The notes: generated from the letters alone by a model not told the origin. Positions 16,080 through 25,040 are shown, numbered from the stretch's first letter. The stretch is 27,009 nt of DNA from a virus (IMGVR_UViG_3300025032_000032:1-27009); one strand, 5' to 3'. Made by a program: numbers and translations.

Positions 16080-16860
16080 GAATTGTGATCGTAGCACTCT
16101 CTCCAATTCTTAAGGCCAATTCCTAGCCACGTGCTGCAGTAGGGAAGGAGTTTAATTTGAAAGACTTTGAAGTTCTCCTCAAAAACCACGGATAGCTATC
16201 CGTGCGTGCCGGAATAAAAGTCTTCACACCTGGGTATTGACAAGCAGCAGGTATTTTGGTTCTCTCAATCAAAGTAGTAAACGGTCCCCTGAAAAGGGTG
16301 AAATTAACATAGACAGTTATCCATTTTGTAGCGGAAATGGGGAACCCCGGAGCACTGTCTCTTAGTTCCTTAAAACTAAGAATAAAAAGCTCGGCCGATA
16401 AGTGTGTAACAGAGATGAGAAAATAGTACGGCTAAGTAAAATTAGATACGGAAGTCTTCAAGAGCTATAGTCAATAATGATTATTAGATAGCAGAGTAAT
16501 TACTTTATTATTCCAATATCAATTGGTGATCCATTATACTATTCGAGTAGTGTGCTCGAAGTAATAGAGTTTAATTTAAAAGATCCAATTCCTTTAAATA
16601 CTCCATTATTTTCACCCTACTGCTTGTCCTATGGCTAAGAGGAATCTGTATTCACTATACTTAGATACGGAACCATTCAAGAGCTATAATCAATAATGAT
16701 TATTCGCAGTAGTGTGCTCAAAGTAATAGAATTTAAGTTTAAAGGTCCAATTCCTTTAAATACTCCATTATTTTCACCCTACTGCTTGTCCTATGGCTAA
16801 GAGGAATGTTACTCTACTTACTCTGCAAAATAAGGCTTTTGCGGAAAATCTAGGAATTCC
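16080..16860 (+). ncRNA. Candidate large structured non-coding RNA (family not recognised; ends approximate)
   Basis: Upstream promoters, no ORF of 60 aa or more, many hairpins (including a GAAA tetraloop at 16287-16298) and colinear long-range complementarity between 16119-16151 and 16600-16645. Confidence 0.5.
16442..16807 (+). repeat. Imperfect tandem duplication: 16442-16645 and 16661-16807
   Basis: 44-bp block (16442-16485 vs 16661-16704) and ~100-bp block (16546-16645 vs 16708-16807) including 62 identical bp (16584-16645 = 16746-16807); copy 1 has ~57 extra nt between the blocks. Confidence 0.92.
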
Positions 16861-16862
16861 GA

Positions 16863-16979
16863 TTTTATCGCTGCTAAGTGATTGATCTATAAAGGAAAAA
16901 AAAGGTCGTTTTCTGGGAAAATCGGGTTTCCTTATAATTCCATTGCCTTTTTATCGCTGCTAAGTGATTGATCTATAAA
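16863..16979. repeat. Two identical 31-bp direct repeats TTTTATCGCTGCTAAGTGATTGATCTATAAA (16863-16893, 16949-16979), each containing an IHF-like site
   Basis: Exact repeat with an 86-bp period; the minus strand reads GATCAATCACTTA, close to the IHF consensus WATCAANNNNTTR. Confidence 0.85.
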
Positions 16980-17033
16980 AGGAAAAGAACGATATTTTCC
17001 CTGTCTTGTCTGTATCTATGGCTTTTAAAAGAT

Positions 17034-17062
17034 TTTACAATTCTTTCAAACCAAAATATAAT
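17034..17062 (+). promoter_or_regulatory. Sigma70-type promoter for uvsY operon
   Basis: TTTACA-17 nt-TATAAT. Confidence 0.75.
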
Positions 17063-17084
17063 TAATTATTATCAAGAGTGAACT

Positions 17085-17525
17085 ATGCTAAACAATGATG
17101 AACTTATGGCCATTTGGGCCCTAGATTGTAAAATTGATCAAACTAATCTTTCCGAGCGCATGTCTTCACACCCAGTCCTACATTCGAAGTATCTTACTTA
17201 TCTACAAACATATAAGATAAAACTGCGGACACTTTCATTAAAATATCAAAAACGTCGCCAGCTCATGACGAAATATTATAATGGTGAAATGGATGAGGAA
17301 GAACTTAAGTTCAACAATCTTAAACAATGGCTTTATAAGAAACCTCTTCGTTCGGAAATGGAAAGTCTTCTCGATGCAGATGAATCATTACAATTGATTA
17401 AAGAACAAATTCTTTATGTAGAAACTATGGTACAAGCATCCGAAAGCATTCTCAAAGATATAGGTAATCAGTATTTTTTACTAAAAAGCCTCGTAGATTA
17501 TACGAAGTTTCAAGCGGGGGTTTAA
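17085..17525 (+). CDS. uvsY: Recombination mediator protein UvsY
   Basis: W..D.KID...L, P.LHSKYL, YYNG, LDADE, I....F..K....KF.AG pattern; synteny with uvsW. Confidence 0.9.
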   Translation: MLNNDELMAIWALDCKIDQTNLSERMSSHPVLHSKYLTYLQTYKIKLRTLSLKYQKRRQLMTKYYNGEMDEEELKFNNLKQWLYKKPLRSEMESLLDADESLQLIKEQILYVETMVQASESILKDIGNQYFLLKSLVDYTKFQAGV

Positions 17526-17527
17526 TT

Positions 17528-17797
17528 ATGAATGCAGGCGCAATTGCTATCGAAAATAGATTTTTAAAATCAGCTGATAGAGCTGAAACACAACTGTTGT
17601 TTAAATGGTTAGAAGCTAATGTAACCGATCAGCAGTTGATTGTAGATTTTAACTCAGAAACTTCTTATATCATATGCGATTCTGATTTGTTCGACTCCGC
17701 TGTTTTTAATAGTGTCTATCCAGTCTATAATCTGATCTTAGATCAGGTTAATAGAGATTTTACAATTTATAAAACAATTTCTTCTGTGTGCTTATGA
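17528..17797 (+). CDS. Hypothetical protein
   Basis: 89-aa ORF tightly packed between uvsY and uvsW. Confidence 0.6.
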   Translation: MNAGAIAIENRFLKSADRAETQLLFKWLEANVTDQQLIVDFNSETSYIICDSDLFDSAVFNSVYPVYNLILDQVNRDFTIYKTISSVCL

Positions 17798-19278
17798 AAG
17801 ATATTGTAGTTACAAAATTAAACGAATCATACGTGAAAGTAAAGTGTGATCTCGATTTAGCACGAGAAATTTCAGATACTTTTACGTTTGAGGTTCCTGG
17901 AGCAAAGTTTATGCCGGCCTATAAGATGGGTCGGTTTGATGGAAAAATCCGCATCTTTAACTTAGGCCCACGGACATTACCATTCGGACTTGTCTCAGAA
18001 CTCAGAGCTTTTGCCGAATCAAGAAATTATTCAATTGAAGTCAATATCCCAGATCACATTGATACCGGACTGACATATAAAGACATTGCAGATTTTGCTA
18101 ATACTCTGGGTATAGATAAAAGAGCACCTCCAATACAAATTAGAGATTATCAGATTAATGGTGTATTTCAAGCACTGAAGAATAAACGTGCTATACTTCA
18201 CTCAGCTACAGGCAGTGGAAAATCTCTCATACTGTTTATCATTTGTCGTTATATTATAGATGAACTTCAGATGAGAGTACTTATAGTTGTCCCGACTATT
18301 TCACTCACTTCTCAAATGAAATCTGATTTTGCAGATTATGCTTCAGGCACAGATTGGTCGGCCGAAGATAATGTGCATTGTATAACAGCAGGGGCAGATA
18401 AGAATGTTAAAAAACCGATTACGGTTTCTACGTTTCAATCCATTTATAAAATGGATTCTGAGTGGCTAAATCAGTTTGGGTGTATTATTGGTGATGAAGG
18501 TCATAAAATTGTTGCAAAAACCATTACTGGAATTTATGAACGTGCTACAGAGGTAGAATATAAGTTAGCTTGTACTGGTACTCTTCATGACATGAAATGT
18601 AATCTTTTAGTAATGAAAGGTATTACTGGTGATGTGCATGAAATTGCCACTACTTCTACTCTAATTGAAAATAAACAACTAGTTCCCCTTAAAATTAAAG
18701 CAATTATTCTTAATCACCCAGAGCATGTTGCTAAAGCAATGAAAAAGGTTGATTATGATACTGAGATCAAATATATTGTTTCTAATTTAAAACGTAATGA
18801 GTTTATATCTAAATTAGCTGCACAATGTAAAGGCACTACTTTGGTACTTTTCCGTTTTATCGACATACAGGGGACTGCTCTATACAGTCTTATCTGTGAT
18901 AAAGCTGTCGATAGAAATGTCCACTATATTGATGGTGGGGTCACTGGTAAGGCCCGAGAAACAATACGCAAAAATGCTAATGATGGAGATGATATTATTG
19001 TATCTAGTTACGCAGTTTTTGGAACTGGGACTAATCTTCCCGCGATTGAAAATATTATTTTTGCACACCCAGCCAAGTCTGCCATTACAATTATTCAATC
19101 TATAGGCCGAGGGCTTAGATTGAAAGAAGGAAAAACTTCTTGTACATTGTATGATATTTCTGATAATATGACGTTTCATAGAAAACCCAATATTTCTTAC
19201 CGGCATTTGGGTGATCGTTTGGGAACATACACAAAGAATGGATTTACCTATTCTATTATTAACGTGGATTTTAACTAA
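17794..19278 (+). CDS. uvsW: UvsW SF2 DNA/RNA helicase
   Basis: FEVPGAKFMP, RDYQ, SATGSGKS Walker A, DEGH, TGT, QSIGRGLR motifs; ATG 17794 (ATGA overlap) preferred over GTG 17788. Confidence 0.96.
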   Translation: MKDIVVTKLNESYVKVKCDLDLAREISDTFTFEVPGAKFMPAYKMGRFDGKIRIFNLGPRTLPFGLVSELRAFAESRNYSIEVNIPDHIDTGLTYKDIADFANTLGIDKRAPPIQIRDYQINGVFQALKNKRAILHSATGSGKSLILFIICRYIIDELQMRVLIVVPTISLTSQMKSDFADYASGTDWSAEDNVHCITAGADKNVKKPITVSTFQSIYKMDSEWLNQFGCIIGDEGHKIVAKTITGIYERATEVEYKLACTGTLHDMKCNLLVMKGITGDVHEIATTSTLIENKQLVPLKIKAIILNHPEHVAKAMKKVDYDTEIKYIVSNLKRNEFISKLAAQCKGTTLVLFRFIDIQGTALYSLICDKAVDRNVHYIDGGVTGKARETIRKNANDGDDIIVSSYAVFGTGTNLPAIENIIFAHPAKSAITIIQSIGRGLRLKEGKTSCTLYDISDNMTFHRKPNISYRHLGDRLGTYTKNGFTYSIINVDFN

Positions 19279-19284
19279 ATAATT

Positions 19285-19670
19285 ATGTCCGAAGAATCAA
19301 TGATTACGTGTCTGTCTATAAAACTTTCTACCGGAGAGACTTTACTGACCGGGCCAGCATATGAAAAAGATGGTATTTTTTCGTTCTTTATCCCCTGAAA
19401 ATAAATTTTACTCCCATTCTCTATAATGATAAAATTGTAACACAAATGGTGCCAGTACTTTATCAACCTTTTGGGGACAATAAATACATCCCTATTGTTG
19501 CGGACCACATAATTTCTACAGTAAATGGATCCGAGTTAGATTTTAGATTTTACAAGAATTCCCTCCGTGAGTTGTTGCTTGAAGATTTTAAACGAAAAAT
19601 CACTTTCGATTCATTTTTAAACTCAAAAGATTATGAGAACATCATGGAAACTCCAGAAACCGTGCAATGA
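19285..19670 (+). pseudogene. Frameshifted conserved protein downstream of uvsW (IKLSTGETL, Sm-like start); ~128 aa if repaired
   Basis: ATG 19285 frame stops at TGA 19396-19398; a -1 shift at the T6 run (19376-19381) joins it to VLYPLKINF...MVPVLYQPF...ETVQ*. Real lesion versus sequencing error cannot be distinguished. Confidence 0.65.
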
Positions 19671-20701
19671 GTGATTGTTATTTTTTAGAGGTGGCGTATG
19701 CCAAAATTCTTGGTTCTAGGTTAGAAAGATTCAAAATTAAAAAAGAATCACCTTTTCTAGCTGTAGCAAGGTGTCCAATGTGTGGTGATTCTGCTAAAAA
19801 TAAAACTAAGACTAGATTTGCCATCTATTCTAAAAACAGTGAATTAAATGTGAATTGCTTCAACTGTGGTTTATCTACTACACTGTTAAGTTTTCTAAAA
19901 GTACATTACAAACAAATATTTGATGAATTTTTGTTTGAAAAGTTTAGAAATAATGCACCGGCAGCAAAAAAAGAAATTGCGTTTGTGCCAGAAAAAGTAG
20001 TGTATGAAAAAGACACGATTGAACCGAATGTTTTAGATTTGCAATTGGTTTCTGACTTACCATCGGATCATTATGCCCGTCAATACATAAAAGATAGAAA
20101 ACTTCCTAACTACCCATTTTATTATACGGACAAATTTTATGAATATTCTTCCCAGTTCAATGATACTTTCAAACACAACAAAAGAGACGAAGCCCGCATT
20201 ATTATTCCCTTTTTTGACAAAACAGGAAAGATCTTTGCATACCAAGGAAGAGACCTCTCAGGCCACTCAAACCAAAAATACATCACAGTTAAGATCAACG
20301 AAAAGACGCCTTTGTTATTTGGTGTCGAAAGACTGAATTTAAATAAACCCATAACATTAGTAGAAGGACCCATAGATAGTTTGTTTATCCCAAATTCTAT
20401 GGCTTCGGTTAATGCATCTTTATCAACTACTGCTAATTGGTTTATTAAGGGAACAAAACTTCCTGCAGATTTACTTACTGTAGTATTAGATAATGAACCC
20501 CGTAATAAGGCGGTTGTGAAGGAATATGAAAAGGCTATCGAGTCGGGATTAAAGACAGTAATCTGGCCAAAAGTCGTTGAACGATATAAAGACATCAATG
20601 AGATGATTAAACATAATATAGACCCAGTAGCTCTGATCAAGAGTAATACATATAAGGGTTTAATGGCTAAAATTCAATTTAATACATGGAAGAAAATATA
20701 A
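19667..20701 (+). CDS. gp61: DNA primase
   Basis: RCPMCGDS...CFNCG Zn finger, RIIIPF, YQGR, KYIT, VEGPIDSLF and DNEPRN TOPRIM motifs, KDINEM. Confidence 0.96.
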   Translation: MSDCYFLEVAYAKILGSRLERFKIKKESPFLAVARCPMCGDSAKNKTKTRFAIYSKNSELNVNCFNCGLSTTLLSFLKVHYKQIFDEFLFEKFRNNAPAAKKEIAFVPEKVVYEKDTIEPNVLDLQLVSDLPSDHYARQYIKDRKLPNYPFYYTDKFYEYSSQFNDTFKHNKRDEARIIIPFFDKTGKIFAYQGRDLSGHSNQKYITVKINEKTPLLFGVERLNLNKPITLVEGPIDSLFIPNSMASVNASLSTTANWFIKGTKLPADLLTVVLDNEPRNKAVVKEYEKAIESGLKTVIWPKVVERYKDINEMIKHNIDPVALIKSNTYKGLMAKIQFNTWKKI

Positions 20702-20705
20702 CAAA

Positions 20706-22970
20706 ATGATTGAAACTATTATCAAAAGCAATGGAACAAAAGAACAATTTCAGCCAAAGAAAGTAAATAGATGGGCAGAATGGGCTTTTGCTACTATTCC
20801 CAAAGCTCATTTTAATTGGGCTTCTGTTGTGATTGATGCGGTAAATAAATGCCCTAAAAATTGCACAAGCTTACAATTACAACAAGCTTTGATTGATGCC
20901 TGTTTATCATATAAAACATGGGAATATAATAAAGCTGCTGGCAGATTATATGCACCTATGATAGATCGTATTATTTATCCCGATGGAATTCCAACAGTGC
21001 AAGAATTACATAATAAGCTTTATGAAGTTGGACTGATGGTAAAGCTTAATTACACAGATGAAGAATACAAACTTGCACAACTCATTATTGATCATAAATT
21101 AAATTTAAAGTATCCACACTATCAGCTTAATCAAATTAGATATAAATACGCAATTAGAAATAAGGTCACCAAGCAAGAATATGAAACTGCGCAATTTGTA
21201 TATATGCGAATGGCAATGGCTTTAGGAGAAAATGAAAAGTCTGATAAAATGTTGCATGTTGCAAAATGGTATGAACATCTGAGTCAAAACCGTATAAACG
21301 CACCGACACCAAATTTCGTAAATCTTGGTACAAAACTAAATGGTTACGCCAGCTGTTGTCTTTATACTACCGCTGATACAGCTTCTTCTTTAGCCGCGGG
21401 TGATCATATTGCATATATGATGACTGTTGCATCAGCAGGTATCGGTACCCATATTAAAACGCGATCACTTGGTGACCCGGTCAGAGGGGGTGTTATACAA
21501 CACCAAGGTAAACTTCCGTATTACCGTTCCATGGTTGGAGCTATTGGAGCCAATTTACAGAATGGCCGTGGTGGAGCTTCAACTGTTTATTATTCTGCAT
21601 ATGACCCCGAAGTGGAAGTTTTACAGAAATTGCGGCATCCAATGACTCCTGCAAACAAAAAAGTGTCAGGTTGTCATTATTCGTTTGGTTCTAACAAATT
21701 ATTTGCCAGAAAAGTTGCAAAGAATGAAGATTATGCACCTTTTAGTTATTATGGTAATGAAGAAATGTTTGAAGCTCAATACGAAAAAGATCAAACTAAA
21801 TTTGAGAAAATGTATGCCGAGTACGAAAAAACAGCAAAAAATAAATTAAATGCTCGCGAAATTTCTCTTGGTGCATTAACTCAGTCATATGAAACTGGTG
21901 TTCATTATTTGCACTTAACGGACGCAATGAACAAACATACACCTTTTAAAGATAAAATCTATCTCAGTAATTTGTGTTCCGAGATAGCTTTACCGGTTAG
22001 CCCATATAAATCTGTTGCAGATCTATATAAAAAAGAATTGGATTATTCTCCCGAGATCGGTTTGTGTTCACTTGCAGGTATTGTGGTAAGTAATATAGAA
22101 TCTGATAAACAGTATTCTGAAGTGGCTTATTATGCATTAAAAATGATTGATGTGTGCATTCATAAATCCGATTATACATTTCCCAATTTAGAATATACGG
22201 CTAAATCCAGAATGTCCGCAGGTGTGGGTATTATTGGTTTAGCACATCTAATGGCCAAGGAAAATCAAAAATATAATACACAAGAAGGCAGAGATTTTAT
22301 TCATACCCTTTCCGAAACACACATGTTTCATTTGATTAACGCTTCGTTAAAATTGGGTAAAGAATTAGGAAACGCACCTTGGATGGACAAAACCGAATGG
22401 CCTAATGGCTGGTTGCCTTTAGACACATATGAGAAAAAAGTAGATGAATTGATTACAGTAGAAAATAAACGAGATTGGGATGCAGTAAGAAAAGAGATTA
22501 TAGAAAATGGCGGCATTAGAAATTCTGTACTGGTTGCCCACATGCCTTCTGAGAGCTCAGCAATTTCTTCTGGTACTTCCAATGGACCTTATCCTATCAG
22601 AGAATTGTATATTATGAAAACTAATGATACAGGAGTAAATCATTGGGCTGCGCCAGATGGTACTAAATTGAAAACAAAATATCAATCTGCGTGGGACATA
22701 TCAACAACAGATATGATTAAAGTCTATGCAATTATGCAGAAATGGACAGATCAGGCAATTTCCTCAGATTTATTTGTAAAAATTCATGGAGATCAGAAAG
22801 TTTCTTCTTCTGATATGATTAGAGATTATCTGGATATAGTCAAATATGGTATGAAAACTAGATATTATATTAATTCTTCCACTTCTCAGGGAATTTCGTT
22901 AATAACAGATGATGTGGCAGTTAGTTCGGATACTACTGAACAAGAATACTGTGAATCTTGCGCACTTTAA
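20706..22970 (+). CDS. nrdA: Class Ia ribonucleotide reductase alpha subunit
   Basis: PTP, ASCC, SNLCSEI catalytic loop, LCSL, MPSESS, DQAIS, KTRYY, C-terminal CESC. Confidence 0.96.
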   Translation: MIETIIKSNGTKEQFQPKKVNRWAEWAFATIPKAHFNWASVVIDAVNKCPKNCTSLQLQQALIDACLSYKTWEYNKAAGRLYAPMIDRIIYPDGIPTVQELHNKLYEVGLMVKLNYTDEEYKLAQLIIDHKLNLKYPHYQLNQIRYKYAIRNKVTKQEYETAQFVYMRMAMALGENEKSDKMLHVAKWYEHLSQNRINAPTPNFVNLGTKLNGYASCCLYTTADTASSLAAGDHIAYMMTVASAGIGTHIKTRSLGDPVRGGVIQHQGKLPYYRSMVGAIGANLQNGRGGASTVYYSAYDPEVEVLQKLRHPMTPANKKVSGCHYSFGSNKLFARKVAKNEDYAPFSYYGNEEMFEAQYEKDQTKFEKMYAEYEKTAKNKLNAREISLGALTQSYETGVHYLHLTDAMNKHTPFKDKIYLSNLCSEIALPVSPYKSVADLYKKELDYSPEIGLCSLAGIVVSNIESDKQYSEVAYYALKMIDVCIHKSDYTFPNLEYTAKSRMSAGVGIIGLAHLMAKENQKYNTQEGRDFIHTLSETHMFHLINASLKLGKELGNAPWMDKTEWPNGWLPLDTYEKKVDELITVENKRDWDAVRKEIIENGGIRNSVLVAHMPSESSAISSGTSNGPYPIRELYIMKTNDTGVNHWAAPDGTKLKTKYQSAWDISTTDMIKVYAIMQKWTDQAISSDLFVKIHGDQKVSSSDMIRDYLDIVKYGMKTRYYINSSTSQGISLITDDVAVSSDTTEQEYCESCAL

Positions 22971-22979
22971 GGAGCTTAA

Positions 22980-24080
22980 ATGAATTTAGTTTTTAATGAA
23001 AATAAAAAATCTTCTCAATATATGGAAAAACAACATCCATTATTTTTCGGAGATTTACCTGGTTTGTTTGATACAGTTAATAAAACATATCCAAAAATAT
23101 GGTCACTTTATAAAACTATGAAATCTTTGGATTGGTCCGAAGACGAATTTGATTACACTCAATGTAATACCGATTTTAAAAATTGTCCAAAATCTGTTTA
23201 TGATATGATGATCAGAACCCTGGCATGGCAATGGGAAGCAGATTCGGTTGCTTCAAGATCAATCGCGCCAGTCCTGGCACCATTTATTACTGATAGTTCA
23301 TTGTGGGCGGCCTGGCAAAGAATCAGCGACAATGAAATTATACATTCCGCAACATATTCAGAAATTGTTAGAATTTCATTTGACAACCCAGAAAAAGTAC
23401 TATCTGATATTCTTTCTGTAAAAGAATCAATTGTTCGAATGCATTCGGTCAATGAGGTGTTTTCTGAACTGTCAGTTGCTTCACATAAATATGCTTTAAA
23501 TCAAATCACTGCAGATGAAGCATATGATAAATTACTTCTTGGGGTTGTTGCTTTATATCTTCTGGAACGTATTCAATTTATGGCTTCTTTTGCCATTACA
23601 TTTACTATATGCTCAACTAATTTATTTCAGCCTATTGGTAAAGCGGTACAAAAAATTGCTCAAGATGAATTGGAAGTACACGCTGAATTAGACAAGGAAG
23701 TTATTAAAATTGAGTTGGCCACGGCACGCGGACTAGACTCGTATAAACGGCAGAAGGATAAAATTAAAGCATTATGTGATGAGGTAATTAATTCAGAAAT
23801 GGCTTGGTCTGATTATCTTTTTTCCGAAGGTAGAGAATTGGTAGGTACAAATTCACAGACAATTAAAAATTGGGTACTTTTCAACGCACGTGAGGTATAT
23901 AAGTTTTTGGATGTTGAAACGAATTTTAAATTTCCAGCAAAGAATCCAATGCCACACGTTGAAGATTGGATCAATATTGGTAATTCTCAGGCTGCGCCCC
24001 AAGAGCAAGACAATAACGCATATAAAGTCAACGTAGTACACAGAGATGATATCAAAACAAGCTTCGAAGTAGATTTTTAA
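22980..24080 (+). CDS. nrdB: Class Ia ribonucleotide reductase beta subunit
   Basis: W..DE, DS, EIIHSATY, ERIQFMASF, DELEVH di-iron motifs; Q.APQE tail. Confidence 0.95.
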   Translation: MNLVFNENKKSSQYMEKQHPLFFGDLPGLFDTVNKTYPKIWSLYKTMKSLDWSEDEFDYTQCNTDFKNCPKSVYDMMIRTLAWQWEADSVASRSIAPVLAPFITDSSLWAAWQRISDNEIIHSATYSEIVRISFDNPEKVLSDILSVKESIVRMHSVNEVFSELSVASHKYALNQITADEAYDKLLLGVVALYLLERIQFMASFAITFTICSTNLFQPIGKAVQKIAQDELEVHAELDKEVIKIELATARGLDSYKRQKDKIKALCDEVINSEMAWSDYLFSEGRELVGTNSQTIKNWVLFNAREVYKFLDVETNFKFPAKNPMPHVEDWINIGNSQAAPQEQDNNAYKVNVVHRDDIKTSFEVDF

Positions 24081-24083
24081 TTT

Positions 24084-24338
24084 ATGTTTACAGTATATTC
24101 AAAACCTAATTGTCCAAATTGTAATTATTCCAAAAAGTTGTTAAAGGATAATAATATAAAATATGAAGAAATTATAATTGATGTGGGCCAGAAAAAAGAC
24201 GATACATCTAAATATATTACAGTATCTGAATTAAAATTGCTGGACCCAAATATAAAAGCAGCACCAGTAATCTTTAAAAATTCGAATTTTGTCGGAAGTT
24301 ATACTGAATTAAAACAATTATTAAATAAATCAGGATAA
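24084..24338 (+). CDS. nrdC: Glutaredoxin
   Basis: VYSKPNCPNC, cis-Pro APVIF, VGSYTEL; follows nrdAB. Confidence 0.92.
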   Translation: MFTVYSKPNCPNCNYSKKLLKDNNIKYEEIIIDVGQKKDDTSKYITVSELKLLDPNIKAAPVIFKNSNFVGSYTELKQLLNKSG

Positions 24339-24355
24339 ACTCTTATGGTAGACGT

Positions 24356-24811
24356 ATGACTTGGTTTCATAACAATGAACCGATAGACGAAATTGATCCT
24401 TCGTTTGTCGGTTTTACTTATTGTATTACAAATTTACTAGATGGTCGCAAATACTTCGGCAAAAAGAAATCAACGTTCAAGAAAGTATCAATCAAAACAG
24501 TAAAGATTAAGTCAACTGGTCTTAAGAAAAAAAAGAAAATTAGAACACAGGTAGATTCGGATTGGAGAGATTACTACGGTTCGTCTGAAGAACTTAAGGC
24601 TGATGTAGAAAAACTTGGCAAAGAAAATTTTTACAGAGAAATTTTAAGATTTTGTTCTTCTCTTTCTGAATGCTCATACTATGAACTTAAAGTACAAATG
24701 GATAATGATGTTTTACTATACCCAAATCTTTATTATAATGCTTATGTTGGTTGCAGAATAAACAGAATGCATATGCTAGGGAAGAATAATTCATCGGTTA
24801 AAACACCATAG
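24356..24811 (+). CDS. GIY-YIG nuclease (T4 endonuclease II/DenA-like or Seg-like)
   Basis: GFTYCITNLLDGRKYFGKK, W.DYYGSS, FYREIL, E, YYN motifs; next to nrd genes as denA is in T4. Confidence 0.85.
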   Translation: MTWFHNNEPIDEIDPSFVGFTYCITNLLDGRKYFGKKKSTFKKVSIKTVKIKSTGLKKKKKIRTQVDSDWRDYYGSSEELKADVEKLGKENFYREILRFCSSLSECSYYELKVQMDNDVLLYPNLYYNAYVGCRINRMHMLGKNNSSVKTP

Positions 24812-24828
24812 CTAAAAATGTACACAAA

Positions 24829-25032
24829 ATGAAAGTTGTGTTAAAATCAAAGGAAGTTGTTGATGAATTACCATTCTATTTGTTAAAGAAGGTAATGTAC
24901 ATACAAGATTCAGACGTAAAGTACATAACATCTGATACTGGCGATTGTACTGTGTTTTTAGATGGTTATCTAATTACATTTATTATTAACTCGGTTGGTT
25001 TAGTGGATCAGAATTCAATCAAAATCGTTTAA
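24829..25032 (+). CDS. Hypothetical protein
   Basis: 67-aa ORF filling the space between neighbours. Confidence 0.55.
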   Translation: MKVVLKSKEVVDELPFYLLKKVMYIQDSDVKYITSDTGDCTVFLDGYLITFIINSVGLVDQNSIKIV

Positions 25033-25040
25033 CTCACACA

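Noticed and set aside
16080-16860. tRNA, tmRNA, RNase P, group I/II intron or hammerhead ribozyme
   Set aside because: No cloverleaf or T-loop with CCA end, no GAGGAAAGUCC, no convincing group I P7 or group II domain V, no CUGANGA core; flanking genes are intact, so there is no host exon.
16863-16979. Mini CRISPR array (repeat-spacer-repeat)
   Set aside because: Only two copies, a 55-nt spacer, no recognisable CRISPR repeat ends or internal palindrome, and no cas genes in the window; an IHF-like or iteron reading fits better.
19407-19435. Sigma70-like promoter TTTACT-17-TAAAAT upstream of ATG 19446
   Set aside because: Lies within what reads as the continuous coding sequence of the frameshifted gene; it could be an internal primase promoter but cannot be supported.
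20706-24080. Introns or inteins in nrdA/nrdB (common in T4-like phages)
   Set aside because: Both ORFs are continuous and of normal length.
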